From an uncultured Gemmataceae bacterium (GTDB lineage: Bacteria; Planctomycetota; Planctomycetia; Gemmatales; Gemmataceae), in assembly GCA_963750165.1 (NCBI GenBank), contig CAVVPN010000011.1:1312001-1376000 (forward strand): a DNA stretch of 64,000 bases, given 5' to 3'. Positions 29,941 through 40,007 of the stretch are shown piece after piece; position 1 is the stretch's first letter, and each line of letters opens with the position of its first letter. The position numbers and the translations under genes were made by a program. Below the pieces are notes generated by a model. That model searched no databases, had not been told where the DNA came from, and saw nothing but the letters and a program-made list of their open reading frames with translations.

Positions 29941-30669
29941 CACTGTGCGGGTGCCCTGGGCAGGTCGTTCATCTCGCGTTGCACGATGGCGTGACAGGAG
30001 CAGACCCCGTCCTCCAGGCCGGCGCGGTCGAGGATCGTCATCTGGCCCTTGCCGTACTCGATGAGGCCGCGGGCGCAGGGCCCGGGCCGCCACGGTCACG
30101 GTGGCCCGCCGTACGCCGAGCATGGCGGCCAGGAACTGGTGCGTCAGCGGGAACTGGTCGGCGCCCACCCGGCCGTGAACCGCCAGCAGCCAGCGGCACA
30201 TGCGCTGCTCCAGCGCGTGCAGGGCGTTACAGACCGCCGACTGCCCCACCTGGGACAGCAAGGCGTGGGCATAGCGCAGCAACAGGCCGTGCAGCGTACT
30301 GTCGCGGCCGACCCGGCGGTGGAACGCGGCGGCCTCCAGGCAGTAAGCGTCGCCGGGCACCTGCACCACGCAGCGGAACGGAGCGGTTTCGGCCCCGAAA
30401 AAAATGGCCAGCCCGGCCATGCCCTCGCGGCCCACGAGCCCGACCTCGACGCCATCGCCGCCGTCGTTCCCCGGGCTGATCAGGGAGAGGACGGCCCCGG
30501 CGGGGAAGTAGGCGTAGGGGATCGGTTCGCCAACTTCATGCAGGACGGTGCGGAGGTCCAGGGTGACGAGTTCCAGGTGCGGCTGCAGATGTTCCCATTC
30601 TCGGGACGGCAGGGCGGCCAGCAAATGGTTCAACGGGTTTGGGCGGCCAGGGGCTTCCGACCTGGGCAT
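29940..30669 (-). CDS. Crp/Fnr family regulator, frameshift near 30080
   Basis: NHLLAALP, VGLVGREG, HALEQRMCRWLL, LTHQFLAAMLGVRRATVT; the shifted frame gives GLIEYGKGQMTILDRAGLE. Confidence 0.9.
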
Positions 30670-31145
30670 GGGCGACTCCCGGATATAACGACCTGGGTGC
30701 GCGCATCGCACGCCAGCCCTTCTCCCAGTGATGAATGGAGAGAGTTAGTGAAGTTTAAGTGTGGGACCGCTCGTCGTCAAGGAAGTGTGCTTGAGGATGG
30801 CCGAAAAAGCCACCGCCATCTGGAATTTGATGCGGTTGAATGGAAGAAAGAGTGGGTGAGGGAAAAAATGTCCCGCTAGCGTAACCTCCGGCGTCGCCCA
30901 GTCACCGAAGGCCCCAACCAGCGGGACTCAGGAATTGTACGATACCGTACAGAGAAAGCAAGCGTTTTTTTCTGTCGTGCCTGTACCGCTGCGAATTTTG
31001 CCACCCTTTTTTTAAACCTCTTGCTGTGTCATTGGTTGCGAACCGTTCTGCGACCGCGCTGTCAAGCGCCATGACCCAGCGGTGCCGCTTCCAGTTCGCG
31101 CAGCAAGCAGTGGCGTCCGCGCTCGGTTCGTAAACGACGCTCACG

Positions 31146-31890
31146 TTAACTGCCCATCACAGGTTCGAGCAGTTCCTTGAAGTCGGCCGGAAAGACCGCC
31201 CAGGACGCTCGATAGGTGGCTTCGAGCGGGGCCGGGATATAATCCGCCTCCTCGGTCAGGAAGATCGGCAGACTCGGCAAGTTGTCTCCGACCGCGACTG
31301 GTTCCACGTAAGCGATCTTCGCCGGTGTCGCTTGATAAGCGGCCACGGTCAGCGGCTTGTCCGGCGGCAGTTCGAAGGGCATTTCTCCCAGTTCGTCCCA
31401 GATGACCTTGTGAATCCCTTGCGGATCGCGGTCGGACGGCGGGAACAAATCCACCACCAGCACATGAATCCCCTGCCAGATCAGGTCCGCGGTCTTGCGG
31501 ACGAACGCCCGCAGCGCATTCTGGTTGTTCTTGTTGCCGGGGGAGAGGATTTCGATTACGGCCACGACCTGGCCGTGGCGGTGCTGGATTTTGATGCGGT
31601 TCGCCCGGCGACACGTAGGTATCTTCCTCGTGTTCGATGACGAAACGAGCCTTGGGAGGCCCGAGGGCAACGGCCACGCCGCCTGCCGCTTCCGGCCTAC
31701 CGGTGGGTTTTGGATTGCGGTTGAGCGTGAGCACGTCGGGGATCGGGCCGCTGATGCGCTGATCGGTCAAGGCGACGAACCCTGGCGGCAGCAAGCCGGC
31801 GTTGAGGGCACGGCGGAGTTCAATCGTCCAATCCTGGTGAAAGTCGTGGAACAGACCGGCATCGACTCGGGTCCAATCGTGAATCGGCAT
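31146..31890 (-). CDS. DUF4058 family protein, frameshift near 31610
   Basis: MPIHDWTRVDAGLFHDFHQ..., VAVIEILSPGNK (PD-(D/E)xK-like). Confidence 0.85.
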
Positions 31891-32436
31891 GGCTCACCTC
31901 CACTCAGGAATCGATCTTGACAGTTCCTCGGACCAGATTCGGATTGTACCACCGCCACAAACCAGGCCGTCACTGCTTCTGCGGTTTCGTCAAACAGTCG
32001 CGGCCGCTGGAGTCGCCTGTCCAGTTCGCCGCACAGGTGAGCCCCGATCAAGGCCGGTTGGCCGCGCCGCGCAGCGGCGTCCGTCCGGCGACGCCAAGAA
32101 ATCGGCCCACGGCGGCATCTTTTCGCTTGCATTTGCGGGCGAATTGCTTAACCTCATACCAATCAGTTTAAGTCGTCGCCCAGGCTCGAACGCTGCACAG
32201 CGTTACCCGGCACGGAGTTGCGGTGACGCTGGGTCGAACTCCCCACTCGACTTGCTTTCGCTGATACCACCGCTGACCGCGGTGTGGGAAACGGTGCCGC
32301 CCTGCCCAACGCCCCGACAAACCATCCCCCGGCTATTCGGCTTGGAAGCCCCGCCCGACTGCGATGGTGTCGTCCCCACGACACCAGGTTTCACAACAAC
32401 TGACCTGCGGTGCCCCCACACGTTTCGGAGTTGGCG

Positions 32437-33069
32437 ATGTTCAAGTTCTCCCTGGCGACGGCGAGTGCCTGGTTCCTGCTCTGCTTCACCCCAGCCCCCC
32501 TGTGGGCCGGCATGATTACCTACAACTTCACAACCACCCAGGTCAACTCCGGCGGTCCCTTGTCGGTCACTTTTTCCGTCTCGGACTCCGTCCTGGCCAG
32601 CGGTGTGCTCACTGGCAGTGATATTATCCCGGGCAGCCTCATGGGAACCTCCGCCACCTTTCCCGGGATCGTTTTCGACCAGAACGAGACGAACCCGAGC
32701 GGATCCATCGACAACCTCGACCCGACGACTGGCCTCCCGACCAGCGCGAGCGATAGCACCCTGGAGTTGGTCCTCTACACCACCACCATCCCGGGCGCTG
32801 AACTCGATGTCAGTTTCAGCAGCGCGAACACCACTCAGACTGAAGTGGGATACACGACGATCGAGGGGAGCGAAATCGATAACGTGCAGGGCTACTGGAC
32901 CTCCACCATCACCACGACGGCGGTCCCGGAGCCGGGTTGCCTCACGCTGGCGTTGCTGGGCATCGGCGGTCTGACCGGGACCTGGCTGACGCGTCGCGCC
33001 GGCAACGGCGGGCGCCGGCCGGCACGGTCAGACGTGGGCAGGCGTCCTTTGGCCAATCGGGGGGTGTGA
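32437..33069 (+). CDS. PEP-CTERM sorting domain protein
   Basis: Signal peptide, Ser/Thr-rich body, VPEPGCLTLALLG-TM-RR. Confidence 0.9.
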   Translation: MFKFSLATASAWFLLCFTPAPLWAGMITYNFTTTQVNSGGPLSVTFSVSDSVLASGVLTGSDIIPGSLMGTSATFPGIVFDQNETNPSGSIDNLDPTTGLPTSASDSTLELVLYTTTIPGAELDVSFSSANTTQTEVGYTTIEGSEIDNVQGYWTSTITTTAVPEPGCLTLALLGIGGLTGTWLTRRAGNGGRRPARSDVGRRPLANRGV

Positions 33070-33232
33070 GAAACGTGAGATGAAACGGCAACTTCTTAGC
33101 TATCAATAGGTTATTTCATCTTGCCTTCGTGGCCGCCCGGGGAAGCATGTATAATCTCATTCTACCGCCTTACCGCCCCAACCGCCCAAGCGAGGTGCCC
33201 TCCACCAACCTCCGTGACCAAGGAACGACCGC

Positions 33233-34663
33233 ATGGCCACTGCACGACCGTCTCCCCCCTGTCCCGGCGTGATGGACCGCCGCACCTGGCTAAAGCTCGG
33301 CGGCCTGAGCATCGGCGCCCTCGTCACCGGCCTGCAACCCAACCTGGCGCGGCTGTTCGCCGCGGTGGAGGCCCAGGGCGGACGGTCGCTCAGTCGTGAC
33401 TTCTCCGTCATCCTGTTCTGGGCCAACGGCGGCCCGAGTCACATCGATACGTTCGACCTCAAACCGAACGCCCCCGCGGAAATCCGCGGCCCATTCCGGC
33501 CCACCGCCACCAACGTGCCCGGCATCGCCATCAACGAACACCTGCCGCGCCTGGCCGGGATGGCCGACAAGTTCACGCTTCTGCGCAGCCTGCACCACCG
33601 CCGTGCCGAGCACTCCGGCGGCACCCACCGCTTCCTGACCGGCTACCCCTCGGTGGCGGCGAACCTGCAGCACGCCGAGTACCCGGACATCGGCTCGGTG
33701 GTCGCCCGCGAGCTGGAGGGCCAGGCCGGCGCGGTGCCGCTGTACGTGGGCAACACCAAGTTCTACGGCGGTGGCCCCGGCTACCTCGGCTCCGGTTACG
33801 CGCCGTTCATGCCCAACCCCAACCCGATCACCTCCACCGGCGCCAACACCTACGACCCGGTGCCGCTGTACCTTACCGACGCCACGCGGGAAAACCTGTC
33901 GCTGTCCGCCGAGGGGACGCTGACGCTGCGCCGCAGGCACGCCCTGCTGCAAAGTCTCGACGCGCTGCCGCGGCAGCTGGACCATCCCGAACGGCTGGCG
34001 GCCTTCGACCGTTTCCAGCGGCGGGCGGTGGAATTGCTGGCCGGCCAGCAGGTCCGCACGGCGTTCGATCTGTCGCGCGAGCAGCCCCGGGTGCGCGACC
34101 GCTACGGCAATACCGACTGGGGCCAGAGCCTGCTGACGGCACGGCGCCTGGTGGAAGCGGGCGTGCGGTTCGTGCAGTGCCAGGCCAACTTCCGCCTCCG
34201 CCCCGACACCGGCCGCACCACCACCTGGGACGACCACTCGGTTAACTGCCACATCTTCGAGGCGTATGCGGAACGCTTCCCGATCCTTGACCAGGCCGTG
34301 TCGGCGCTGATCGAGGATCTGGTGCAGCGCGGCCTGGATCGGCGGGTGCTGTTCATCTTCTGTGGCGAGTTCGGCCGCACGCCGCGCATCGAGTACCAGG
34401 ACACCAGCCGCCGCCCGGGCCGCGACCACTGGCCGCGCGCCATGAGCGTGCTGGTGGCCGGTGGCGGTCTGCGCATGGGCCAGGTGGTGGGTGCGACCAA
34501 CCCGCGCGGCGAGGAGCCGACGCTGCGGCCGATGGACAGTAACTGTCTGCTCGCCACGATCTACCACCGCTTCGGCATTGACGTGAACCGGCTCTACCAC
34601 GACCGCGCCGGCCGGCCCATTCCGATCCTGCAGCACGGCGAGCCCATTGCCGAATTGCTGTGA
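33233..34663 (+). CDS. DUF1501 domain protein
   Basis: Tat-like RR; GGPSHIDTFDLKP, ARRLVEAGV, GEFGRTP, GRDHW. Confidence 0.95.
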   Translation: MATARPSPPCPGVMDRRTWLKLGGLSIGALVTGLQPNLARLFAAVEAQGGRSLSRDFSVILFWANGGPSHIDTFDLKPNAPAEIRGPFRPTATNVPGIAINEHLPRLAGMADKFTLLRSLHHRRAEHSGGTHRFLTGYPSVAANLQHAEYPDIGSVVARELEGQAGAVPLYVGNTKFYGGGPGYLGSGYAPFMPNPNPITSTGANTYDPVPLYLTDATRENLSLSAEGTLTLRRRHALLQSLDALPRQLDHPERLAAFDRFQRRAVELLAGQQVRTAFDLSREQPRVRDRYGNTDWGQSLLTARRLVEAGVRFVQCQANFRLRPDTGRTTTWDDHSVNCHIFEAYAERFPILDQAVSALIEDLVQRGLDRRVLFIFCGEFGRTPRIEYQDTSRRPGRDHWPRAMSVLVAGGGLRMGQVVGATNPRGEEPTLRPMDSNCLLATIYHRFGIDVNRLYHDRAGRPIPILQHGEPIAELL

Positions 34664-34743
34664 GGAGCGCCCCGCGGTAAATTGAACTGAAAGGCAACCA
34701 CGCTCCCGATTCCGGGTCGCCGGGAACGTGATTCACGTCCGAG

Positions 34744-34798
34744 TGACCCCGTTTACGTTTCGCGCGGGCAGTGTCCGCGCGAAACGTAAACGGGGTCA
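34744..34798. repeat. 24-bp-arm perfect palindrome between convergent genes
   Basis: TGACCCCGTTTACGTTTCGCGCGG-N7-CCGCGCGAAACGTAAACGGGGTCA. Confidence 0.8.
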
Positions 34799-34818
34799 GC
34801 GGGGCGCCGGTCGCTCTG

Positions 34819-36111
34819 TTACACTTGCGGCTCCCACCCCTTCTGATACTCCCGGGTCCACAACGCCTGGGCGGCCTTGTCGTCCAGGATGGTGCCGTCA
34901 CGGGCGCTGCAGCGCAGGGCGCGGCCAGTGCGATGCGCGATGTTGCCCAGGTGGCACAGCAGCGTCGATTTGTGGCCCCCCTCAATCTCGCTGTTCAGAC
35001 GGCCGCCCGTGCGCACCGCGGCCAGGAAGTTGGCGAAGTGATGGCCGTCGCTGACCTGCACTTTCTCGCGCCGCACCTCCTTGCCCGCGGGGTCGTAAAT
35101 CGTGTAATTGCTGTCCGACAGGGCCAGCCTGCCGCCGGTGCCGTGGAACAGCACGAAGAACGCTGCGTTCTGCTGCCGGCTGCAACTCAGCCCTTCCCAG
35201 GTGATCTGCTTGCGGCCGTCGAACTCGAAGCTGACGACGTGCGTGTCCGGCGTCTCCTGGTCGTCGTCGTGGCGGTAGTGGCCGCCGGAGGAGCTGACGC
35301 GCACCGGGTAGTCCACGCCCAGCCCCCAGCGGCACAGGTCGATGGTGTGGACGCCGTTGTTGCCCAGCTCACCGTTGCCCCAGTGCCAGAACCAGTGCCA
35401 GGTGTAGGGCAGGTAATTGGTGTGGAAGGCCCGCCGCGGCGCTGGCCCCTGCCACAGGTCGTAGTCCAGCCCCTTGGGCACTGGCGCCTCCTTGCCGCGG
35501 CCGATCGACGGCCGGTTGTTGTTGTACCACGACTGGGCCAGGTAGACGCGGCCGATCACGCCCTTGTGCAGCTCCTCCATGGCCCGCTGGACGCCGGCGG
35601 AACTGCGCCTCTGGTTGCCCATCTGCACCATTTTCTTGTGCTTACGGGCCGCCTGCACCAGCAACTCGCCCTCGCGGGGGTTGTAGCTGCACGGCTTCTC
35701 GACGTAGACGTGCTTGCCGGCGGCGATGGCCAGCAGCGCGGCGGGCGCGTGCCAGTGGTTCGGCGTGGCGATCACGACGGCGTTGACGGTCTTGTCGTCG
35801 AAGACACGGCGCAGGTCGGTGACCACCTTCGGCGCCCGTCCGCCAGTGACCTTGGCCACCGCCTGCGACGCCCGGTCGGCGCGGCCCTGGTCCACGTCGC
35901 AGACGTAGTTCACGTCCACGTTCGGCTGCCGCTGGAAGGCCTGGGCCAGTCCGGTGCCGCGACCGCCGGTGCCGATGATGGCGATGGACAGACGATCATT
36001 GCCGCCCTGGACTGGCGCCGCCTCGGCCGCCCCGGTCAGGTGCAGTGCCGCCCCCGTGGCCGCGGCCGTGGCCAGAAACTCGCGACGCCCCAGATGCTCT
36101 GACGCGCTCAT
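34819..36111 (-). CDS. Gfo/Idh/MocA family oxidoreductase (Tat-exported)
   Basis: RREFL signal, IIGTGGRG, ATPNHWH, VEKP. Confidence 0.95.
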   Translation of the reverse strand: MSASEHLGRREFLATAAATGAALHLTGAAEAAPVQGGNDRLSIAIIGTGGRGTGLAQAFQRQPNVDVNYVCDVDQGRADRASQAVAKVTGGRAPKVVTDLRRVFDDKTVNAVVIATPNHWHAPAALLAIAAGKHVYVEKPCSYNPREGELLVQAARKHKKMVQMGNQRRSSAGVQRAMEELHKGVIGRVYLAQSWYNNNRPSIGRGKEAPVPKGLDYDLWQGPAPRRAFHTNYLPYTWHWFWHWGNGELGNNGVHTIDLCRWGLGVDYPVRVSSSGGHYRHDDDQETPDTHVVSFEFDGRKQITWEGLSCSRQQNAAFFVLFHGTGGRLALSDSNYTIYDPAGKEVRREKVQVSDGHHFANFLAAVRTGGRLNSEIEGGHKSTLLCHLGNIAHRTGRALRCSARDGTILDDKAAQALWTREYQKGWEPQV

Positions 36112-36338
36112 GGTTGTCTCTCCGAGATGATGGTTCGGCCCCCGCCGGGCACGGCCCGCAAGTCGCGACCGGATTGGGCTTGCTTTCCAATCATTAAACC
36201 CGATGGCGGCGCCGCTGTCCAATTCGGAATCGCCACGATCCTGAAGGAGTTGGTGTTCGGCCTCACCGGGATTCGCTAATAAACCGGAGTACGACTTGCG
36301 AGTGGCAGGTCCGGTCTGAGCGAAACGGGAGAACCGCA

Positions 36339-37037
36339 ATGAAGAACCTGGCATGGTGCGTCGCCCTGGCAGCCGCCCTGGCGACCCCGGCGGCGGCGCG
36401 GGCGGGCGACGGACCCATCAAGTTGAAGAAGGGCGAGCGCATCATCTTCCTGGGCGACTCGATCACCGCGGGCGGCGTCAGCCCCAAGGGCTACGTCACC
36501 CTCATCAAGAAGGCGCTGGCCGAGCGGCAGAAGGATCTGGGCATTGAGGTCATTGGGGCCGGCATCAGCGGTAACAAGGTGCCCGACCTGCAGAAGCGCC
36601 TGGACCGCGACGTGCTCAAGCGGAAGCCGACCCTCGTGGTCATCTACATCGGCATCAACGATGTCTGGCACGGCGAGAACGACCCCAAACGCGGCACCTC
36701 CCCGGAGAGGTTCGAGGAAGGGCTGAAGGACATCATCACCCAGATCAAGGGCGCCGGGGCCAACGTCCTGCTGTGTACACCGACGGTCATCGGCGAGAAG
36801 CTCAACGGCAAGAACAAGCTCGATGCCAAGCTCAACGAGTACAGCGCCATCAGCCGCAAGGTGGCGAAGGCGATGAAGGTGCATCTGTGCGACCTGCGCA
36901 GGGAGTTCACGGACTACCTGACCAAGAACAATGCCAAGGACCAGGAGCGCGGTGTGCTGACCAGCGACCGGGTCCACCTGAACGAGGCCGGCAACCGCTT
37001 CGTGGCCGAGGCCATGCTCAAGTGCCTGGGACAGTAG
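36339..37037 (+). CDS. SGNH/GDSL hydrolase
   Basis: FLGDSIT, GISG, GIND, DRVH. Confidence 0.95.
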   Translation: MKNLAWCVALAAALATPAAARAGDGPIKLKKGERIIFLGDSITAGGVSPKGYVTLIKKALAERQKDLGIEVIGAGISGNKVPDLQKRLDRDVLKRKPTLVVIYIGINDVWHGENDPKRGTSPERFEEGLKDIITQIKGAGANVLLCTPTVIGEKLNGKNKLDAKLNEYSAISRKVAKAMKVHLCDLRREFTDYLTKNNAKDQERGVLTSDRVHLNEAGNRFVAEAMLKCLGQ

Positions 37038-37051
37038 CCGGACAAAATACC

Positions 37052-37118
37052 AATCACGAAAACGCGACAGAATCGATTTGTCTTTTTCGTGTTTTCGTTC
37101 TTTCGCGTTTTCGTGATT
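37052..37118. repeat. Inverted repeat between convergent genes
   Basis: AATCACGAAAACGCGA...TCGCGTTTTCGTGATT. Confidence 0.6.
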
Positions 37119-37123
37119 CGTCT

Positions 37124-37855
37124 TTATTTGTTCCAGAGCCGCTCCATGAGCGCGTAAATCTCGGGCTCCTCGCGGCGCAGCTCGGCGCGGTTGAAGGGGA
37201 AGAAATCGTTGGTGCCGAAATACACCTCGGTCATCTCGGCGAAGAACTCCTGCGGGTTGGTCAGGCCGTAGTGCTTCACGAGCTTGCCGTTGATGTGCAG
37301 CACCTTGTCGTAGCGGCCGCTCGCCTTGAATTTCTTCCAGGCGGCCGCGATCTCCAGATGATCGAAGCCCAGCACCTGATCGTGGTAGGCGTGCGCCAGT
37401 TCGTGCAGCACCGACCACGGCTGCACACGCTGGTGCCTGGCGCTGGCCCACTCCGCGACATCGGGGATGTGGACGCCCTTCGCCATTTTGGGGTCGTAGC
37501 CGTGGGCCTTGAGCCAGCGCACGTCGGGGTGGTACTGCGCCGGCTTCAGCTTGCCGTGCGTGCGGTCAAACCAGATCGGCACTTTTTGCAGGCGTGCCAC
37601 CTTGTCCGCGGGCAGGGCGAGCTTGATGTCCACCAGTCGCAGCGTGAGCAGTTGCAGGGCGCGCTTGCCCAGGTCCGCGTCCGGCCCCTGGAGCAGACGT
37701 TCATCCACGTGAACGGTCCAGCCCTCGACGGTGTGAACGACGTGCTTGCCCGGTTTCGGCGGCGGATCGCCGGCAGCGGCCGTCAGGGGCGCGAACAAGG
37801 GTACGGTCAGCAGCAGCACGCGGGCGGTACGCCAGCTTCGGTTCACGGTTGGCAC
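37124..37855 (-). CDS. Secreted zinc metallopeptidase
   Basis: VLHELAHAYH, Y..TNPQEFFAE, NDFFPF. Confidence 0.85.
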   Translation of the reverse strand: MPTVNRSWRTARVLLLTVPLFAPLTAAAGDPPPKPGKHVVHTVEGWTVHVDERLLQGPDADLGKRALQLLTLRLVDIKLALPADKVARLQKVPIWFDRTHGKLKPAQYHPDVRWLKAHGYDPKMAKGVHIPDVAEWASARHQRVQPWSVLHELAHAYHDQVLGFDHLEIAAAWKKFKASGRYDKVLHINGKLVKHYGLTNPQEFFAEMTEVYFGTNDFFPFNRAELRREEPEIYALMERLWNK

Positions 37856-37912
37856 TCCAGCGGGACAGAAGGGACCGGCCTGTCACCTGGCGACAGGTCA
37901 AAGAAGGGCGCT

Positions 37913-39784
37913 TCACGGTCCCAGGTAGATGTATCCATAGTTCGATGGCACGAGGAGCCGGGCGAAGTCGCCGTCGTTGGCGATGTTGACCACGAGCGGC
38001 CCGACGCCGTTCGGGTTCTCGTCAATACTCTCACGGTAGGCGCCCTGCTTCGGGAACGGAACCCAAATCTCCTTGGTTGCCGAACTGAAGTTCAGGACCA
38101 CCATTGCGATCTGCTCCGACTGGTCCGCCGTCGCCGGGGCGCGCCGATGGTACGCGACAATGCCGTCGCCGGGCCGGGACTGCTGGTTGTAGTAAAACGA
38201 TGAGCGACTACGGAGCGCGCGGTTGTTGCGGCGGAGACGACCGAGGATCCGATGCAAGCGGATCAGGGCCTGCCCTTGCTCGTCATAGAAGTAACGCCAT
38301 TCCATCGTCCGGCGAAAATGGATGCGCAAATCTCCCGAGGGCGGCAGCACATAGTTATCACCGAACTCCTGCCCCTCCCACAGCATCGGTACCCCCTGGC
38401 ACGTGTAGAGCGCGATCGCGTACGGCTGCAACCGATATGATTGGCTGCGATCCGCGTACGCCGCCTGGGCGCTATTATCGTCGTCGCGTGAATGGTCGAT
38501 GTAGCGGATCAGGAAACTGTGATCGTGTGAGTTGATGTACTGGAACGGCGCCACCGGCACGTCCTGGCCGTTCATGCTTTGCGTGTTCGGGTAGCCGCGA
38601 AACAACGGATCGAGGATGTGGCACAGGTCGTCGTCCACGGCTTGCAAGCGCAGCGTGTCCTCGGCCTTGTTGAGCAGGTCATTCTGCCAGGTCGCATTGG
38701 TGTAAGTTTGTCGGAGAATACCCTGGGGGTCGTTGAGATCCTCGGCCACCTGGAGCAGCCCACTGTAGCCGGCCGCCGTTTGAAAGCGCGGCATCGTCAA
38801 CGAATCCTGATAGGTATTGAAGACGAGGGTGCCATATTTTTTGGTCGGGTCGCCATCATAAAAGCCCGGCACGTAGTCGTAACGGAAGCCGTCCACGTGA
38901 AAGCTGTCGAGCCAGTAGTGATTGACCGCCTGAAAATAGTCGAGGCTAAACGGACTGGTGAAATCGACCTCGGGGCCGAACGGCCCATCCTTCCCATTCT
39001 TCTGGGGTAATATCATGGGACTGGGCAGGCCCAGCGTGCGGTAAACCTTGCAGTAGGCGAAGTCCGTATCGACGTGCTGGTAAACGGAGTCGAGGATGAC
39101 GGCCATGTTCTGCGCATGGCACAGATCGATCAGGCGGCGCAGACCGTCGCCGTGGCCGAAGCGATCGCGCGGCGCAAAAAAATGCAACGGACCGTAACCC
39201 CAGTCGAAGTCCATCTTCAAACTCGTGACCGGCATCAACTCCAGACAGTTGACGCCGAGCCCCGCCAGGTAGTTTAGCCGGTCACCCACACCGTCGAACG
39301 TGTCGTTGAACTGCTCGACCTGCAGTTCGTAAACGATGAGAGCGTCCAGGGCGGGCGTCTTGTAGGCGGCGTCGGTCCACTGCGGCGTTGGCGGCGCCTC
39401 AGTATCGAAGAGCGCCAGGCTGGCTTCACCGGCCTCGCGGGCGAACGGATCGGTGAACCATTGTACCTTCACCTGGCCGCTTTGGAGCAGTTGAAAGCGG
39501 TAGAGATAGCGGCCGGGTTGGCCAAAGCTGCCCGGGCCAGCCGCACCGGCCGTCAGATCGATCACCACGCTCCAGAGGTCGTAATCGCCCGGCCGGCTCC
39601 AGGTCATGGGAAAATCGCGGGCCGGCACGTCGGGATCGAATTGATCGTCCTCGTGAATGACACGCGCGACCACCTGGACGTTGTCGGCCGCCGTGATTCC
39701 CGGCAGGTAAACCCCCAGCTGCACCAGCCGATGACCGGCAGCGCTGACGGAGGGATGGGCGCCTACCTGGTTCATGTCGATCAT
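37913..39784 (-). CDS. GH13 alpha-amylase family protein (TreZ/branching-enzyme-like)
   Basis: YELQV, LGVNCLELMPV, WGY.P, VILDSVYQH, DGFRYD, SHD. Confidence 0.9.
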   Translation of the reverse strand: MIDMNQVGAHPSVSAAGHRLVQLGVYLPGITAADNVQVVARVIHEDDQFDPDVPARDFPMTWSRPGDYDLWSVVIDLTAGAAGPGSFGQPGRYLYRFQLLQSGQVKVQWFTDPFAREAGEASLALFDTEAPPTPQWTDAAYKTPALDALIVYELQVEQFNDTFDGVGDRLNYLAGLGVNCLELMPVTSLKMDFDWGYGPLHFFAPRDRFGHGDGLRRLIDLCHAQNMAVILDSVYQHVDTDFAYCKVYRTLGLPSPMILPQKNGKDGPFGPEVDFTSPFSLDYFQAVNHYWLDSFHVDGFRYDYVPGFYDGDPTKKYGTLVFNTYQDSLTMPRFQTAAGYSGLLQVAEDLNDPQGILRQTYTNATWQNDLLNKAEDTLRLQAVDDDLCHILDPLFRGYPNTQSMNGQDVPVAPFQYINSHDHSFLIRYIDHSRDDDNSAQAAYADRSQSYRLQPYAIALYTCQGVPMLWEGQEFGDNYVLPPSGDLRIHFRRTMEWRYFYDEQGQALIRLHRILGRLRRNNRALRSRSSFYYNQQSRPGDGIVAYHRRAPATADQSEQIAMVVLNFSSATKEIWVPFPKQGAYRESIDENPNGVGPLVVNIANDGDFARLLVPSNYGYIYLGP

Positions 39785-40007
39785 GGAAATCTCGGCCTTT
39801 CCCCTTGCGGAATGTGGCAAAACTGGCTTACCATTCGATGGCAGCTATACTACCCGGCGAACGTCCGCTCGACGAGCCACAGGGGCGATCCTTGATTTCT
39901 CACGCCAACTGGCTGAAACAACCCATCAGGGTGCCGGGTATTTTGGAATGGTCTCCGTTCGATTACGATGCGGGAAACTCGACACAACAGGGAAGGAGGA
40001 TGCCGCC

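Noticed and set aside
30711..31145. Less GC-rich intergenic stretch as a possible ncRNA or gene remnant
   Set aside because: No recognisable ORF family, repeat or RNA structure that I can support.
32207..32222. sigma54 box upstream of the PEP-CTERM gene (CGGCACGGAGTTGC)
   Set aside because: Spacing is GG-N9-GC, one base short; valid only if there is an indel error.
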